From: Dehalococcoidia bacterium
GTDB taxonomy: Bacteria; Chloroflexota; Dehalococcoidia; Lucifugimonadales; UBA2985
Assembly: GCA_034421435.1 (NCBI GenBank)
Contig: DAOUKJ010000040.1
Span: 21,373 to 85,372, forward strand
Direction of reading: 5' to 3'
Length of the DNA: 64,000 nt
The stretch's first letter is position 1. Each line of letters starts with the position of its first letter. Shown piece by piece: positions 45,395 through 53,027 of this stretch. Below the pieces are notes generated by a model that was given only the letters and a program-made list of their open reading frames with translations, did no database searches and was not told where the DNA came from. Position numbers and translations under genes: made by a program.

Positions 45395-45699
45395 TCCTGG
45401 CGCCGTTCCCGTACACAGACCTGAGCCAGGACGTTACACGGCCTGCGCTGGTTCTCGCAAGCGCGGGTATGGACGACTGGATAATCTGCCAGATAACCAG
45501 CAGCCCACTAGCGCGCACAAGGGACATTGCGATTCATCCGAGCGACATGCAGTCCGGTCGCCTCGCGCCCGGCAGCCACGTGCGGCCTGAGCGGTTGATT
45601 ACGATGAGCGAGAGCATATTCAGACGCACCGTCGGCCGCATAACGGACGCCAAGCGGGCAGAGGTGCTGGCCGCCGTGCGCGCCCTGTTCACAGACTAG
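45379..45699 (+). CDS. mazF: PemK/MazF-family type II toxin (endoribonuclease), no cognate antitoxin gene seen
   Basis: (M)VGDVVLAPFPYTDLSQDVTRPALVLASAG..WIICQITS...HVRPERLITMSESIF...GRITDAKRAEVLAAV matches the MazF/PemK pattern. The start is GTG 45379 or GTG 45367; either overlaps the 3' end of the methyltransferase gene. Confidence 0.8.
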   Translation: MVGDVVLAPFPYTDLSQDVTRPALVLASAGMDDWIICQITSSPLARTRDIAIHPSDMQSGRLAPGSHVRPERLITMSESIFRRTVGRITDAKRAEVLAAVRALFTD

Positions 45700-45703
45700 C
45701 CCA

Positions 45704-45766
45704 CATCACAGCTGCACTATGTGCACGCCCGTGGCCTTGAACGACGCGCTCACCTGCGCGCCCGCC
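45704..45766 (-). pseudogene. Displaced duplicate of the 3' end of tupC (last ~20 codons + stop)
   Basis: 63 bp match 48663-48725 with 3 mismatches. It translates on the minus strand as ...AGAQVSASFKATGVHIVQ(L)*, against tupC ...AGAQVSASFKATGVHIVQR*. Confidence 0.85.
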
Positions 45767-45790
45767 GTCAAGCCCTTCGACATGCTCATG

Positions 45791-45818
45791 GTGAGCGGGC
45801 TAAACCAGCATCGCTCAC
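45791..45818. repeat. REP-like hairpin (GTGAGCG-N14-CGCTCAC)
   Basis: GCTCATGGTGAGCGGGCTA at 45784-45802 combines the arm sequences seen at 42079-42090 and 42101-42112. Confidence 0.55.
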
Positions 45819-45854
45819 ACTGAGATTGACCGATTCTTGACTGGGTAAGTGGGG

Positions 45855-47174
45855 CTAATCGGGGTACTTGCTCCAGGTGGTCCAGCACGAATCTGTTGGG
45901 GTGTAGGCACCCGATACGGCAATCTCGGCTTTGTTATTCACTTGACGATCGCCTGCCTGTCCCCTTATCTGCTGGATGCTATCGTTATGCAGCCAGACAC
46001 GCGTGCGTCCGCTCCCTGTGTTGCCGCCGCTGGATGAGAAGGGATGGGGACCCTCAACGGTAATGTCCCCAGCCCAAAAGTCGTGCGCCTCGCCCCGCTT
46101 TACACCGTGCCACTGGAAGCCCTCCAGGTAGTACTGCGTAAAGAGCGTGAACCCGTCGTACGGATTGAACACGTCTATGTCGTTGGCAGTGATGCCGGAT
46201 CCGTCGAATACCTTGCGCGCTATGGCATCCGTGGAAGCCTCTACCTCGTCCAGTGTTTGGATATTGCTTCGCACCTTGGGGACATTCGAAGCGTGGTTGA
46301 GAATGTAGACCGGAGGCTGCTTCATGTCCTTCGCTCGATCTGCAGTGGTGAAGACATAGGCGAACGACACCTGGATGGGCATGTCGGCATCGTAGAGGTT
46401 CATGGGTTTGGCCAGCCATCTCGCAGCCAGGTAGTCCTCAACAGTGATCGCCTCGGGCCGATGCTGGTAGAAGAATCCATCCGGATTCATCAGTCCGTTC
46501 CTTCGCTGGTTCACGATGAAAGGGGCCATCCTGTCATGGCTGGAGCCGTACTTACGGCAGTACTTGTTGAGCAGGTATCCGTAAGTTGCGCCGGCGGCGC
46601 TCCAACCCCAGGGACTTGTCCACTGGGCACCGCCGGGTGCGGTATCCAATGCGTTAGCGCCCCACTGCGAGTATCGACCTGCGAGGTTATTGAGTGCCCG
46701 AACAACCAGAACGGTATTTGCTTCTCCATCACCCACTATCTGGGCGGCGACGACGATAGCTTTCGACATGCACGTCGGAGCGTGCATGGCAAAATTGACG
46801 TTGTTCAACTCAGGCATGTTCTTGACAAGCCAGTCGGCGCTCATCGAGCTGATTCCGTCGTTGGGATTATCGGTGGGGATGTACGTTCTGGCGAAATCTT
46901 CCGGAATGGGTCTCGGCGCCCAGGGCTCACCTGTGCAATGCGGAACGACAACAAGGCCGTCGATCGCGTCCGGGGATATCCCCGCATCCTCCAGGGCTTT
47001 GTTGACCGCTATCAGGGTGTTCGCGCCCACGCTGGTTTCGGGCCTTTCGTCCCAGCGCCGGGCTGTCGGAGAGCACCCCAGTCCCGCCACCGCCACCTTC
47101 CCCCTGTGCTCCCATAGTCCCAGGTTCTCTCTCTCCCTGTAAAGCGAAAGCGGAGCCAACGGAGTTGGTGCCAT
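45855..47174 (-). CDS. Thiolase-like (SCP-x / lipid-transfer type) protein
   Basis: The ATG at 47174 follows GAGAGGAG. 439 aa with VAVAGLGCSPTARRW and ALEDAGISPDAIDGLVV. It is paired with an upstream DUF35 OB-fold gene, the usual partner of this thiolase subfamily. Confidence 0.75.
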   Translation of the reverse strand: MAPTPLAPLSLYRERENLGLWEHRGKVAVAGLGCSPTARRWDERPETSVGANTLIAVNKALEDAGISPDAIDGLVVVPHCTGEPWAPRPIPEDFARTYIPTDNPNDGISSMSADWLVKNMPELNNVNFAMHAPTCMSKAIVVAAQIVGDGEANTVLVVRALNNLAGRYSQWGANALDTAPGGAQWTSPWGWSAAGATYGYLLNKYCRKYGSSHDRMAPFIVNQRRNGLMNPDGFFYQHRPEAITVEDYLAARWLAKPMNLYDADMPIQVSFAYVFTTADRAKDMKQPPVYILNHASNVPKVRSNIQTLDEVEASTDAIARKVFDGSGITANDIDVFNPYDGFTLFTQYYLEGFQWHGVKRGEAHDFWAGDITVEGPHPFSSSGGNTGSGRTRVWLHNDSIQQIRGQAGDRQVNNKAEIAVSGAYTPTDSCWTTWSKYPD

Positions 47175-47215
47175 TTGCTTACTCCTCTCTATTCGTTGGC
47201 AAGTCGCAGTGATGG

Positions 47216-47638
47216 CTAGTCTGCCTGGTGCACAACTCGCCATTCAGGAATCAGTTGACCGGGCGCCGCCCCCTCCACGAATATGACCTCCACAGAGGCT
47301 CCCACCGGGACCTCATCTACCGGCGTCCCAGGAAGGTTGGAGAAGAACTGGATGTCAGGGTCTTCTTCGATCTGAATGATGGCGACGTTGTAGGGCTGGT
47401 CTTCCACATACAATCTGAGGCGTGAGTCATGTATCACTACGTAGTCATCTATGGTGCCCCTCCCGCTGACTTCACTCCACTCCAGATTCTCGGCGGAGTC
47501 ACATTGGTAGCAGATTGATTCCGGTGGGAATTGCCATCGATCGCAAGGGGGGCATCTCTGGACTATTAGTCGCCGTTCGTTCGCAGCCTCCCAGAAGGGC
47601 TTGCTCACCTCATCGGGAATTGGTACGGGCCTTGGCAT
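47216..47638 (-). CDS. Zn-ribbon OB-fold protein (DUF35 family)
   Basis: The ATG at 47638 follows GAGGAGG and gives MPRPVPIPDEVSKPFWEAANERRLIVQRCPPCDRWQFPPESICYQCDS (rubredoxin-like CxxC...CxxC), followed by an OB-fold part. Confidence 0.8.
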   Translation of the reverse strand: MPRPVPIPDEVSKPFWEAANERRLIVQRCPPCDRWQFPPESICYQCDSAENLEWSEVSGRGTIDDYVVIHDSRLRLYVEDQPYNVAIIQIEEDPDIQFFSNLPGTPVDEVPVGASVEVIFVEGAAPGQLIPEWRVVHQAD

Positions 47639-47922
47639 GGGAACCTCCTCTTCGATCCAGAATCCCTGCAAGCTCCCTGGGGCTCCTGAGCTACAAAGAA
47701 CGTCATCATGATACCAGAGATTCCTGGATTTGCCAGCCATCTGTATGGGACCAGGGCATATTGCAAAGGACTTCCTTGCGATCTCCGGCGTTCGCCTCCC
47801 CATCGCGGCGCGACGGGCTTCAGTGTCCGCCTCCGTGAGGAGTGCCTGGGCGAGGGGTAGGGCGAGGGGGCGGCCTGCGACGGCCACTGGTAGCCCTGGA
47901 TTGACAATAACGCAGGCCTTTT

Positions 47923-48277
47923 GTCATTCTGAGGAGCGAAGCGACGAAGAATCCAAAGCCTATGCGCGACTACTACGTTTACGTCCTGACAAACGAGACC
48001 CACAGGCTGTACGTCGGTGTCACCGGTGACCTCCAGCGAAGGATGTACGAGCACAAGAACAAACTGACTCCGGGATTCACAAGCAGGTACAACCTGCGGT
48101 GGCTGGTCTACTACGAGGCCACCACTGACGTTCGGTCTGCGATAGCTCGTGAGAAAGAGATAAAGGGATGGAAGCGGTTCAAGAAGGTCGCCCTGATAGA
48201 ATCGGAGAATCCCAATTGGGTAGACCTGAGTGCTAAGTGGTCGGAGGTCTTGGATTCTTCGCTGCGCTCAGAATGAC
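47923..48277 (+). mobile_element. Inverted-repeat-flanked GIY-YIG mini-element (intact copy)
   Basis: The left arm GTCATTCTGAGGAGCGAAGCGACGAAGAATCC (47923-47954) and right arm GGATTCTTCGCTGCGCTCAGAATGAC (48252-48277) are imperfect inverted repeats. They bracket only the GIY-YIG ORF. Confidence 0.6.
47962..48276 (+). CDS. GIY-YIG nuclease family protein (UPF0213/COG2827 type)
   Basis: 104 aa reading MRDYYVYVLTNETHRLYVGVTGDLQRRMYEHKN...REKEIKGWKR. The GIY and YIG beta-strands and the conserved R, E and N positions are present. Confidence 0.85.
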   Translation: MRDYYVYVLTNETHRLYVGVTGDLQRRMYEHKNKLTPGFTSRYNLRWLVYYEATTDVRSAIAREKEIKGWKRFKKVALIESENPNWVDLSAKWSEVLDSSLRSE

Positions 48278-48293
48278 GCAGAGGCGCGCTCCT

Positions 48294-48462
48294 GTCATTC
48301 TGAGGAGCGAAGCGACGAAGAATCCAGAGCAATGGGGGGATACTCCGCTCACGTACTGACAAACTAGATTCGAGGGCAGCGCCTCTTGCGTTGACCCGGG
48401 CTCGGTGGCCCCAGTCGCTGATTGGTCGGAGGTCTTGGATTCTTCGCTGCGCTCAGAATGAC
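48294..48462 (+). mobile_element. Internally deleted (MITE-like) copy 1 of the GIY-YIG element
   Basis: It has the same left and right arms. The residual 5' coding remnant ATGGGGGGATACTCCGCTCACGTACTGACAAACTAG compares with ATGCGCGACTACTACGTTTACGTCCTGACAAACGAG in the intact gene. The 3' remnant TTGGTCGGAGGTCTTGGATTC is identical to the intact gene end. Confidence 0.65.
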
Positions 48463-48478
48463 GCAGAGGCGCGCTCCT

Positions 48479-48647
48479 GTCATTCTGAGGAGCGAAGCGA
48501 CGAAGAATCCAGAGCAATGAGGGGGTACTCCGCTCACGTACTGACAAACTAGATTCGAGGGCAGAGCCTCTTACGTTGACCCGGGCTCGGTGGACCCAGT
48601 CGCTGATTGGTCGGAGGTCTTGGATTCTTCGCTACGCTCAGAATGAC
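48479..48647 (+). mobile_element. Internally deleted (MITE-like) copy 2 of the GIY-YIG element
   Basis: Near-identical to 48294-48462, offset by exactly 185 bp. It ends 17 nt before the tupC stop codon. Confidence 0.65.
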
Positions 48648-48664
48648 GAAGAGGCGCGCGTCCA

Positions 48665-49735
48665 TCACCGCTGCACAATGTGCACGCCTGTGGCCTTGAA
48701 CGACGCGCTCACCTGCGCGCCCGCCGACAACCCCAACTCCTGCGCCGACCTCGCCGTGACCAGCGCCACCAGGGGGAAGCCGCAGTCGACAACCACGCGC
48801 ACCAGCGGCCCCATCGAAGCCGTGGCCGTGATGACGCCCGGGAAGGCGTTTCGTGCGCTCGTCGGGGCCTGCGTGAGCGCAAGCACCACCTCCTCCGGCC
48901 TCACGCACGCGATCACCGGCACGCCCGGCTCCAGCTCGGACACGCCCTCCACCAGGTGAGCGCCGACGCGGACGTTCACCATGCCCGCCTCGCCCGACTC
49001 CACGGCGCCCTCCAGCAGGTTTTCCACGCCTACGAACCGGGCCACGCTGACGCTGCTCGGCAGGTTGAATACCTCGCTGGGGTTGCCCACCTGCAGCATG
49101 GAGCCGCCGATGAGCACGCCGATGCGGTCGGCGAGGCGCTGGCCCTGCGCCATGTCATGGGTGGCCATGACTACGGTGGTCTGCAGCTCGTCGATGACGC
49201 GACCGATAAGTTCCTCGACCATCGCCGTGGAGACCGGGTCAAGATTGGCCGTCGGCTCGTCCAGCAGGAGCAGTCTTGGCTCCGTGACCATCGTGCGGGC
49301 GAGGGCCACGCGCTGAATCTCGCCGCCGGAGAGCGTCCGAGCGTTGCGGCCCTCGAATCCGGGCAGATCCACGGTCTCCAGGGCGCGCCGCACGCGCTCG
49401 CGAATCGACCTGCGGTCGTGGCCGCGCACATGCAGGCCGTATGCCACGTTGTCGAACACGCTGCCGCTGAAGGCCACGGGCTTCTGGAACACGATGCCGA
49501 TCCGCCTGCGCATCGCCAGCCGTGAGGCCTCGGTCTGCGGCGCTTCTGCGTCGTCGAACGCAATCGACCCCGCATCCGGCTGCTCAAGCAGGTCGAGCAG
49601 GCGCAGCAGGGTGGTCTTGCCGGAGCCGCTCGGCCCGATGATCGCCGTGACGCTGCCGTCTGGCACGTCCAGCTCGACGCCGCGGAGAGCGTCGTGGCCG
49701 TCGTACTGCTTGGAGAGATCGCGTATCGTAATCAT
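48665..49735 (-). CDS. tupC: Tungstate/molybdate-type ABC transporter ATP-binding protein with C-terminal TOBE domain
   Basis: 356 aa with Walker A GPSGSGKTTLL, signature LSGGEIQRVALAR and Walker B LLLLDEP, plus a TOBE-like C-terminus. It is co-oriented with tupB and tupA. Confidence 0.85.
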   Translation of the reverse strand: MITIRDLSKQYDGHDALRGVELDVPDGSVTAIIGPSGSGKTTLLRLLDLLEQPDAGSIAFDDAEAPQTEASRLAMRRRIGIVFQKPVAFSGSVFDNVAYGLHVRGHDRRSIRERVRRALETVDLPGFEGRNARTLSGGEIQRVALARTMVTEPRLLLLDEPTANLDPVSTAMVEELIGRVIDELQTTVVMATHDMAQGQRLADRIGVLIGGSMLQVGNPSEVFNLPSSVSVARFVGVENLLEGAVESGEAGMVNVRVGAHLVEGVSELEPGVPVIACVRPEEVVLALTQAPTSARNAFPGVITATASMGPLVRVVVDCGFPLVALVTARSAQELGLSAGAQVSASFKATGVHIVQR

Positions 49736-50427
49736 CGCTGCTGCCTCTGCTGAAACCGGCCTACCAGGATGTTGACGGTGAGCGCGAGTGACACCAGGAT
49801 TATGCCCAGCGCCATCGCCAGCTCGAAGTTGCCGATGGAGGTCTCCAGGGACATGGCGGTGGTGAGCGTGCGGGTGTAGCCGCGAATGTTGCCTCCCACC
49901 ATGATCGCCAGGCCGATCTCGGAGAGCGCGCGCCCGAACCCCATCAGCACCGCCGTCGTCACGCCGTACCGGGCCTCCCTGACGATGGTGACGATCGCCT
50001 GCGTCCTGCCCGCGCCCAGCGAGACTGCGGTGTCGCGTATCTCCGGCGAGACGCCGCGCAGGGCGGAGATGGTCAGCCCGGCCATGATGGGCGATATGAG
50101 CAGCACGTGCCCCACCACTATGGCCGCGGGCGAGAAGAGGATGCCCAGACCGCCGAGAGGCCCGTCGCGCGAGAAGGTGATGAACACCAGCAGCCCCACG
50201 AACACGGTCGGCATGCTGAACAGCGTCTGTATGACGTTGACCAGCATCGACTTGCCGCGGAAGCTGTGGAAGTGGATGAGGCTTCCCGCGGGTATGAAGA
50301 GCAGGGCTGCTATGACGGTGGATGTGGCAGCGATTGCCAGCGTCCTGCCGGTGATGGTGAGCACGTCCCGGTCCAGGGACACGATGAGGCTCAGGGCGGA
50401 GAGCAGGCTGTCCAGGACCAGTTCCAA
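49732..50427 (-). CDS. tupB: Tungstate ABC transporter permease
   Basis: The TTG at 50427 is about 10 nt after AGGAG. 231 aa, 5-6 TM segments, with an EAA-like loop (AVSLGAGRTQAIVTIVREA). The stop overlaps the tupC start. Confidence 0.8.
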   Translation of the reverse strand: MELVLDSLLSALSLIVSLDRDVLTITGRTLAIAATSTVIAALLFIPAGSLIHFHSFRGKSMLVNVIQTLFSMPTVFVGLLVFITFSRDGPLGGLGILFSPAAIVVGHVLLISPIMAGLTISALRGVSPEIRDTAVSLGAGRTQAIVTIVREARYGVTTAVLMGFGRALSEIGLAIMVGGNIRGYTRTLTTAMSLETSIGNFELAMALGIILVSLALTVNILVGRFQQRQQR

Positions 50428-50434
50428 GTGCGGT

Positions 50435-51451
50435 TTACTCCTGTGGGCAGTCGGCGGATTGCCGATCGGAAGAGGTGGAGACCCGGGGCGCGTTGCCTGA
50501 TGGATTCCAGTCGCGTGCCGGCACGAGCAGGGGAGCGTCGTAGTCACACACGCCAAGAGTTCCGATGATGTCTTGGACGGCGTCGGAGGACAGGAAGTCG
50601 ATGAGCTTGGCGGCCGCGTCGTGGTTGACGTCGGGATGACGTTCCGGGCTGACTGCGATGGCGGAGTAGAGGTTCAGCAGCGCATCCCCCTGCTCGACGA
50701 GGGGCACAAGCGCCGGTTTCTGCCTAGAGGCCTCGTAGGTGCTGCTGACGGCCAGCGTGTAGGCGGACTTCTCGTAAGCCATCATCAGCACAGCTCCCAT
50801 GCCTGCCCCTGCCTCAAGATACCACGGGCCGGACGACCTGACCGCCTCGTATTCCAGTCCCGCGGTGCTCCACAGCTGCATCTCCCGCGAGTGCGTGCCG
50901 GACTTGTCGCCCCGTGACACGAACTTCACGCCTTCCGGATCGGCGCGACCGCGCTCCATGATGCGCAGGAGGGCGGCCTCCGGCGCCATGCCGCGTATGC
51001 CCGCGGGGTCGCTCGCCGGGCCCACGATGATGAACCGGTTGTAGGCAATCGGGTGACGCGCGAGGCCGTGGCCATCCGAGATGAATGCGAACTCGCGAGT
51101 CTCGTCGTGCAGCGTCAGCACGTCCACGTCGCCGCGGCGACCCGCCTCGATTGCCTGGCCGGTGCCGCCAGTGAGCACAAGCAGGTCAACGCCGTGCTCC
51201 TTCTCGAACATGGGCTCCAGCACATCCCACAGGCCGATGTGGTACATGCTCGTCGTGGTTGCGAGCTTGAACCTGCCTGCGTCGACGGCGCCGGGCGCCA
51301 CGCCCGCTGGTGAGCAGGCCGCTAGCGTCGCGATTGCTAGCGCCAGGACGGCGGCGAGCCACAACGTCGTGTGACGTGCGTTCGTTGGTGCGTTGTCGAT
51401 TTCCAAGGGGTTTCCTGCTTGGGCCGGGCTTGCGGAGAGCTTGCGGGGCAT
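50435..51451 (-). CDS. tupA: Tungstate ABC transporter substrate-binding lipoprotein
   Basis: ATTTSMYHIGLWDVLEPMFEKEHGVDLLVLTGGTGQAIEAGRRGDVDVLTLHD and FIIVGPASDPAGI match the TupA signature. The lipobox is LAIATLAAC|S. The start (ATG 51451) is uncertain. Confidence 0.85.
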   Translation of the reverse strand: MPRKLSASPAQAGNPLEIDNAPTNARHTTLWLAAVLALAIATLAACSPAGVAPGAVDAGRFKLATTTSMYHIGLWDVLEPMFEKEHGVDLLVLTGGTGQAIEAGRRGDVDVLTLHDETREFAFISDGHGLARHPIAYNRFIIVGPASDPAGIRGMAPEAALLRIMERGRADPEGVKFVSRGDKSGTHSREMQLWSTAGLEYEAVRSSGPWYLEAGAGMGAVLMMAYEKSAYTLAVSSTYEASRQKPALVPLVEQGDALLNLYSAIAVSPERHPDVNHDAAAKLIDFLSSDAVQDIIGTLGVCDYDAPLLVPARDWNPSGNAPRVSTSSDRQSADCPQE

Positions 51452-51585
51452 GCTGAGCGGTCGAATTCCGTACCGGTTAGTCTCTGTGTCGGGAGTAATG
51501 GGGTTTCGAATCGCGCAGTCCATCCCGCACCGGCGATGCGCCCATGCCGCTCAAAGAGCTCGCGAGGCATGGCCGAATCGGCTCC
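51452..51585 (-). ncRNA. Structured tupA 5' leader; candidate Moco/Tuco-type riboswitch (unverified)
   Basis: About 135 nt lie between the predicted promoter and the tupA ATG. The leader contains GGAGCC near its 5' end, two long hairpins (CCATGCC...GGCATGG; GCGCA...TGCGC) and ACUCCCGAC near its 3' end. GAGCC and CUCCCG resemble conserved Moco-motif blocks as I recall them. Confidence 0.3.
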
Positions 51586-51591
51586 TGCGGT

Positions 51592-51620
51592 ATTGTAACC
51601 GACAAGCGGATTAGGCACAA
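51592..51620 (-). promoter_or_regulatory. Sigma70-like promoter candidate for tupABC (TTGTGC-17-TACAAT)
   Basis: Read on the minus strand: TTGTGC at 51620-51615 and TACAAT at 51597-51592. Confidence 0.45.
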
Positions 51621-51865
51621 CGCGAGCTATGGAGAGTATATCGCTTCCGGCCCCTCCTGACTCTGACGAATCACAGGGAGCATCGCGCGCGGCTGCTTGT
51701 GGTACAGTATACGCTGTTCAGTTCTACTAGCCGGACGGGCAGTGCAATCCGTGGACGAAGCTATGTCAATGACGCTGCGTGAAGTTGTCGAGGGCATAAA
51801 TCCGGCCGACAGTATGGTAGGCGACTTCGCTGAAACGGGCAGCGCCCGCGCGTGAGGAGACAAAT

Positions 51866-52492
51866 ATGGGAAGCTGGTACCTGGTGCGTCATGGCGAGAC
51901 TGACTGGAACCGGTCCGGTAGGATCCAGGGTCACACAGACGTGCCTCTGAACGATAACGGACGAAGGGAGATCGGGTTGCTGGCGCAGAGGCTAGCCCGT
52001 CACAGCTTTGCCGCCGTGTACTCGAGCGACCTGTCTCGCACCTCGGAGAGCGCAAGCATTATCGTAAGCGGCATTGGAGTCTCAGCAGTCGCGGACCCGG
52101 ACCTCCGCGAGTTCTCCTACGGCGAGTGGGAAGGCTTGACCACTAAAGAGATTGAAGCGCAGTTCCCCAATGCCTATGCCCAGCTCATGGGCGCGGAGAA
52201 CAGCGCGTTCGTCGCTCCCGGCGGCGAGAGCTCGGCTCAGGTGCTCGACCGGGTGCGTCGCTTCTGTGCGAGGGTAGAGGAGCGGCATACTGCGGCCGAA
52301 GACATCCTGGTCGTGGCTCACGGAGGTACGATTCGAGCTCTGGCGGCCTGCCTCCTGGATCTCCCCAACGACTCACTCTGGAAGTTCGAGGTGGGCCGCG
52401 CCAGCCTGTCGATTGTACGCAATCACACCAGAGGGCGTGTCCTGGAGCTTTGGAACGACACGAGTCACCTGGTGTCTGCGGACTGCCGGTGA
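51866..52492 (+). CDS. Histidine phosphatase family protein (PGM/CobC-like)
   Basis: MGSWYLVRHGETDWNRSGRIQGHTDVPLNDNG (RHG catalytic motif) and a later VVAHGGTIRAL. Confidence 0.88.
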   Translation: MGSWYLVRHGETDWNRSGRIQGHTDVPLNDNGRREIGLLAQRLARHSFAAVYSSDLSRTSESASIIVSGIGVSAVADPDLREFSYGEWEGLTTKEIEAQFPNAYAQLMGAENSAFVAPGGESSAQVLDRVRRFCARVEERHTAAEDILVVAHGGTIRALAACLLDLPNDSLWKFEVGRASLSIVRNHTRGRVLELWNDTSHLVSADCR

Positions 52493-52640
52493 CGCAGAAG
52501 GCGTCAAGTCACGGATAGCCCGCCGCTCAAGACTATCCGGAGCCAGCGTCTAGTTTCAGGGCGCGGCGACGCAATAGCAGCCGAAAGAGGGCAAGATGTG
52601 CTTGCCAAGGGCAGAATCAGGCTACGGGGGGCAGATGTGA

Positions 52641-52730
52641 TGGCGGAGAGGGTGGGATTCGAACCCACGAGAGGATCGCTCCCCTACGCGATTTCCAGTC
52701 GCGCCTGTTCGGCCACTCCAGCACCTCTCC
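52641..52730 (-). tRNA. tRNA-Ser (anticodon GGA)
   Basis: The reverse complement folds as a class II tRNA. The acceptor is GGAGAGG/CCTCTCC. The anticodon stem is CGCGA/TCGCG with loop CT-GGA-AA. It has a long variable arm. The T arm is GTGGG-TTCGAAT-CCCAC, and CCA is encoded. Confidence 0.92.
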
Positions 52731-52764
52731 GATCGCAGGCGCTCTATGTCGCGCGCCCAGCCAC

Positions 52765-52855
52765 TGGCGGAGAGGGTGGGATTTGAACCCACGTCCCGGT
52801 GCAACCGGGAACCGCTTTTCGAGAGCGGCGCCATAAGCCTCTCGGCCACCTCTCC
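52765..52855 (-). tRNA. tRNA-Ser (anticodon CGA)
   Basis: The reverse complement has acceptor GGAGAGG/CCTCTCC. The anticodon stem is CCGCT/AGCGG with loop CT-CGA-AA. The variable arm is CCCGG-TTGCA-CCGGG. The T arm is GTGGG-TTCAAAT-CCCAC, and CCA is encoded. Confidence 0.92.
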
Positions 52856-52911
52856 GCAAATGCATAGCATACCACATTGCGGCGGACGCCCCACACATCG
52901 CCATGCCGGAT

Positions 52912-52941
52912 TTGACAGCGCGAAACGCGCCATGCTATTAT
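52912..52941 (+). promoter_or_regulatory. Sigma70-like promoter candidate upstream of glmU (TTGACA-18-TATTAT)
   Basis: TTGACA at 52912-52917 and TATTAT at 52936-52941. Confidence 0.4.
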
Positions 52942-53027
52942 CCTGCCGGAATGAGTTCATTCTCAGATCTTGCGTAAGAGGGTGGCTTTCGCTTTGCGTA
53001 CGGCTATAGCGGGGCCGCCTTCTGCAT

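Noticed and set aside
45706-45888. 60-aa minus-strand ORF ending ...AGAQVSASFKATGVHIVQL
   Set aside because: It is a chimera of a REP-like hairpin region and the duplicated tupC 3' fragment. It is a relic, not an independent gene.
48111-48547. Minus-strand ORFs 48111-48362 and 48233-48547 (MSVRERS...LWILRRFAPQNDRSAPLRHSERSEESKTSD)
   Set aside because: The two near-identical 'proteins' are just translations of the tandem repeat units and arms. There is no RBS and no domain.
48233-48660. Tandem repeats considered as a possible CRISPR array
   Set aside because: The period is 185 bp and the spacers are not unique: the units are near-identical throughout. Each unit is itself an inverted-repeat pair plus a gene remnant. 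No cas genes are present. The repeats are better explained as tandem GIY-YIG element derivatives.
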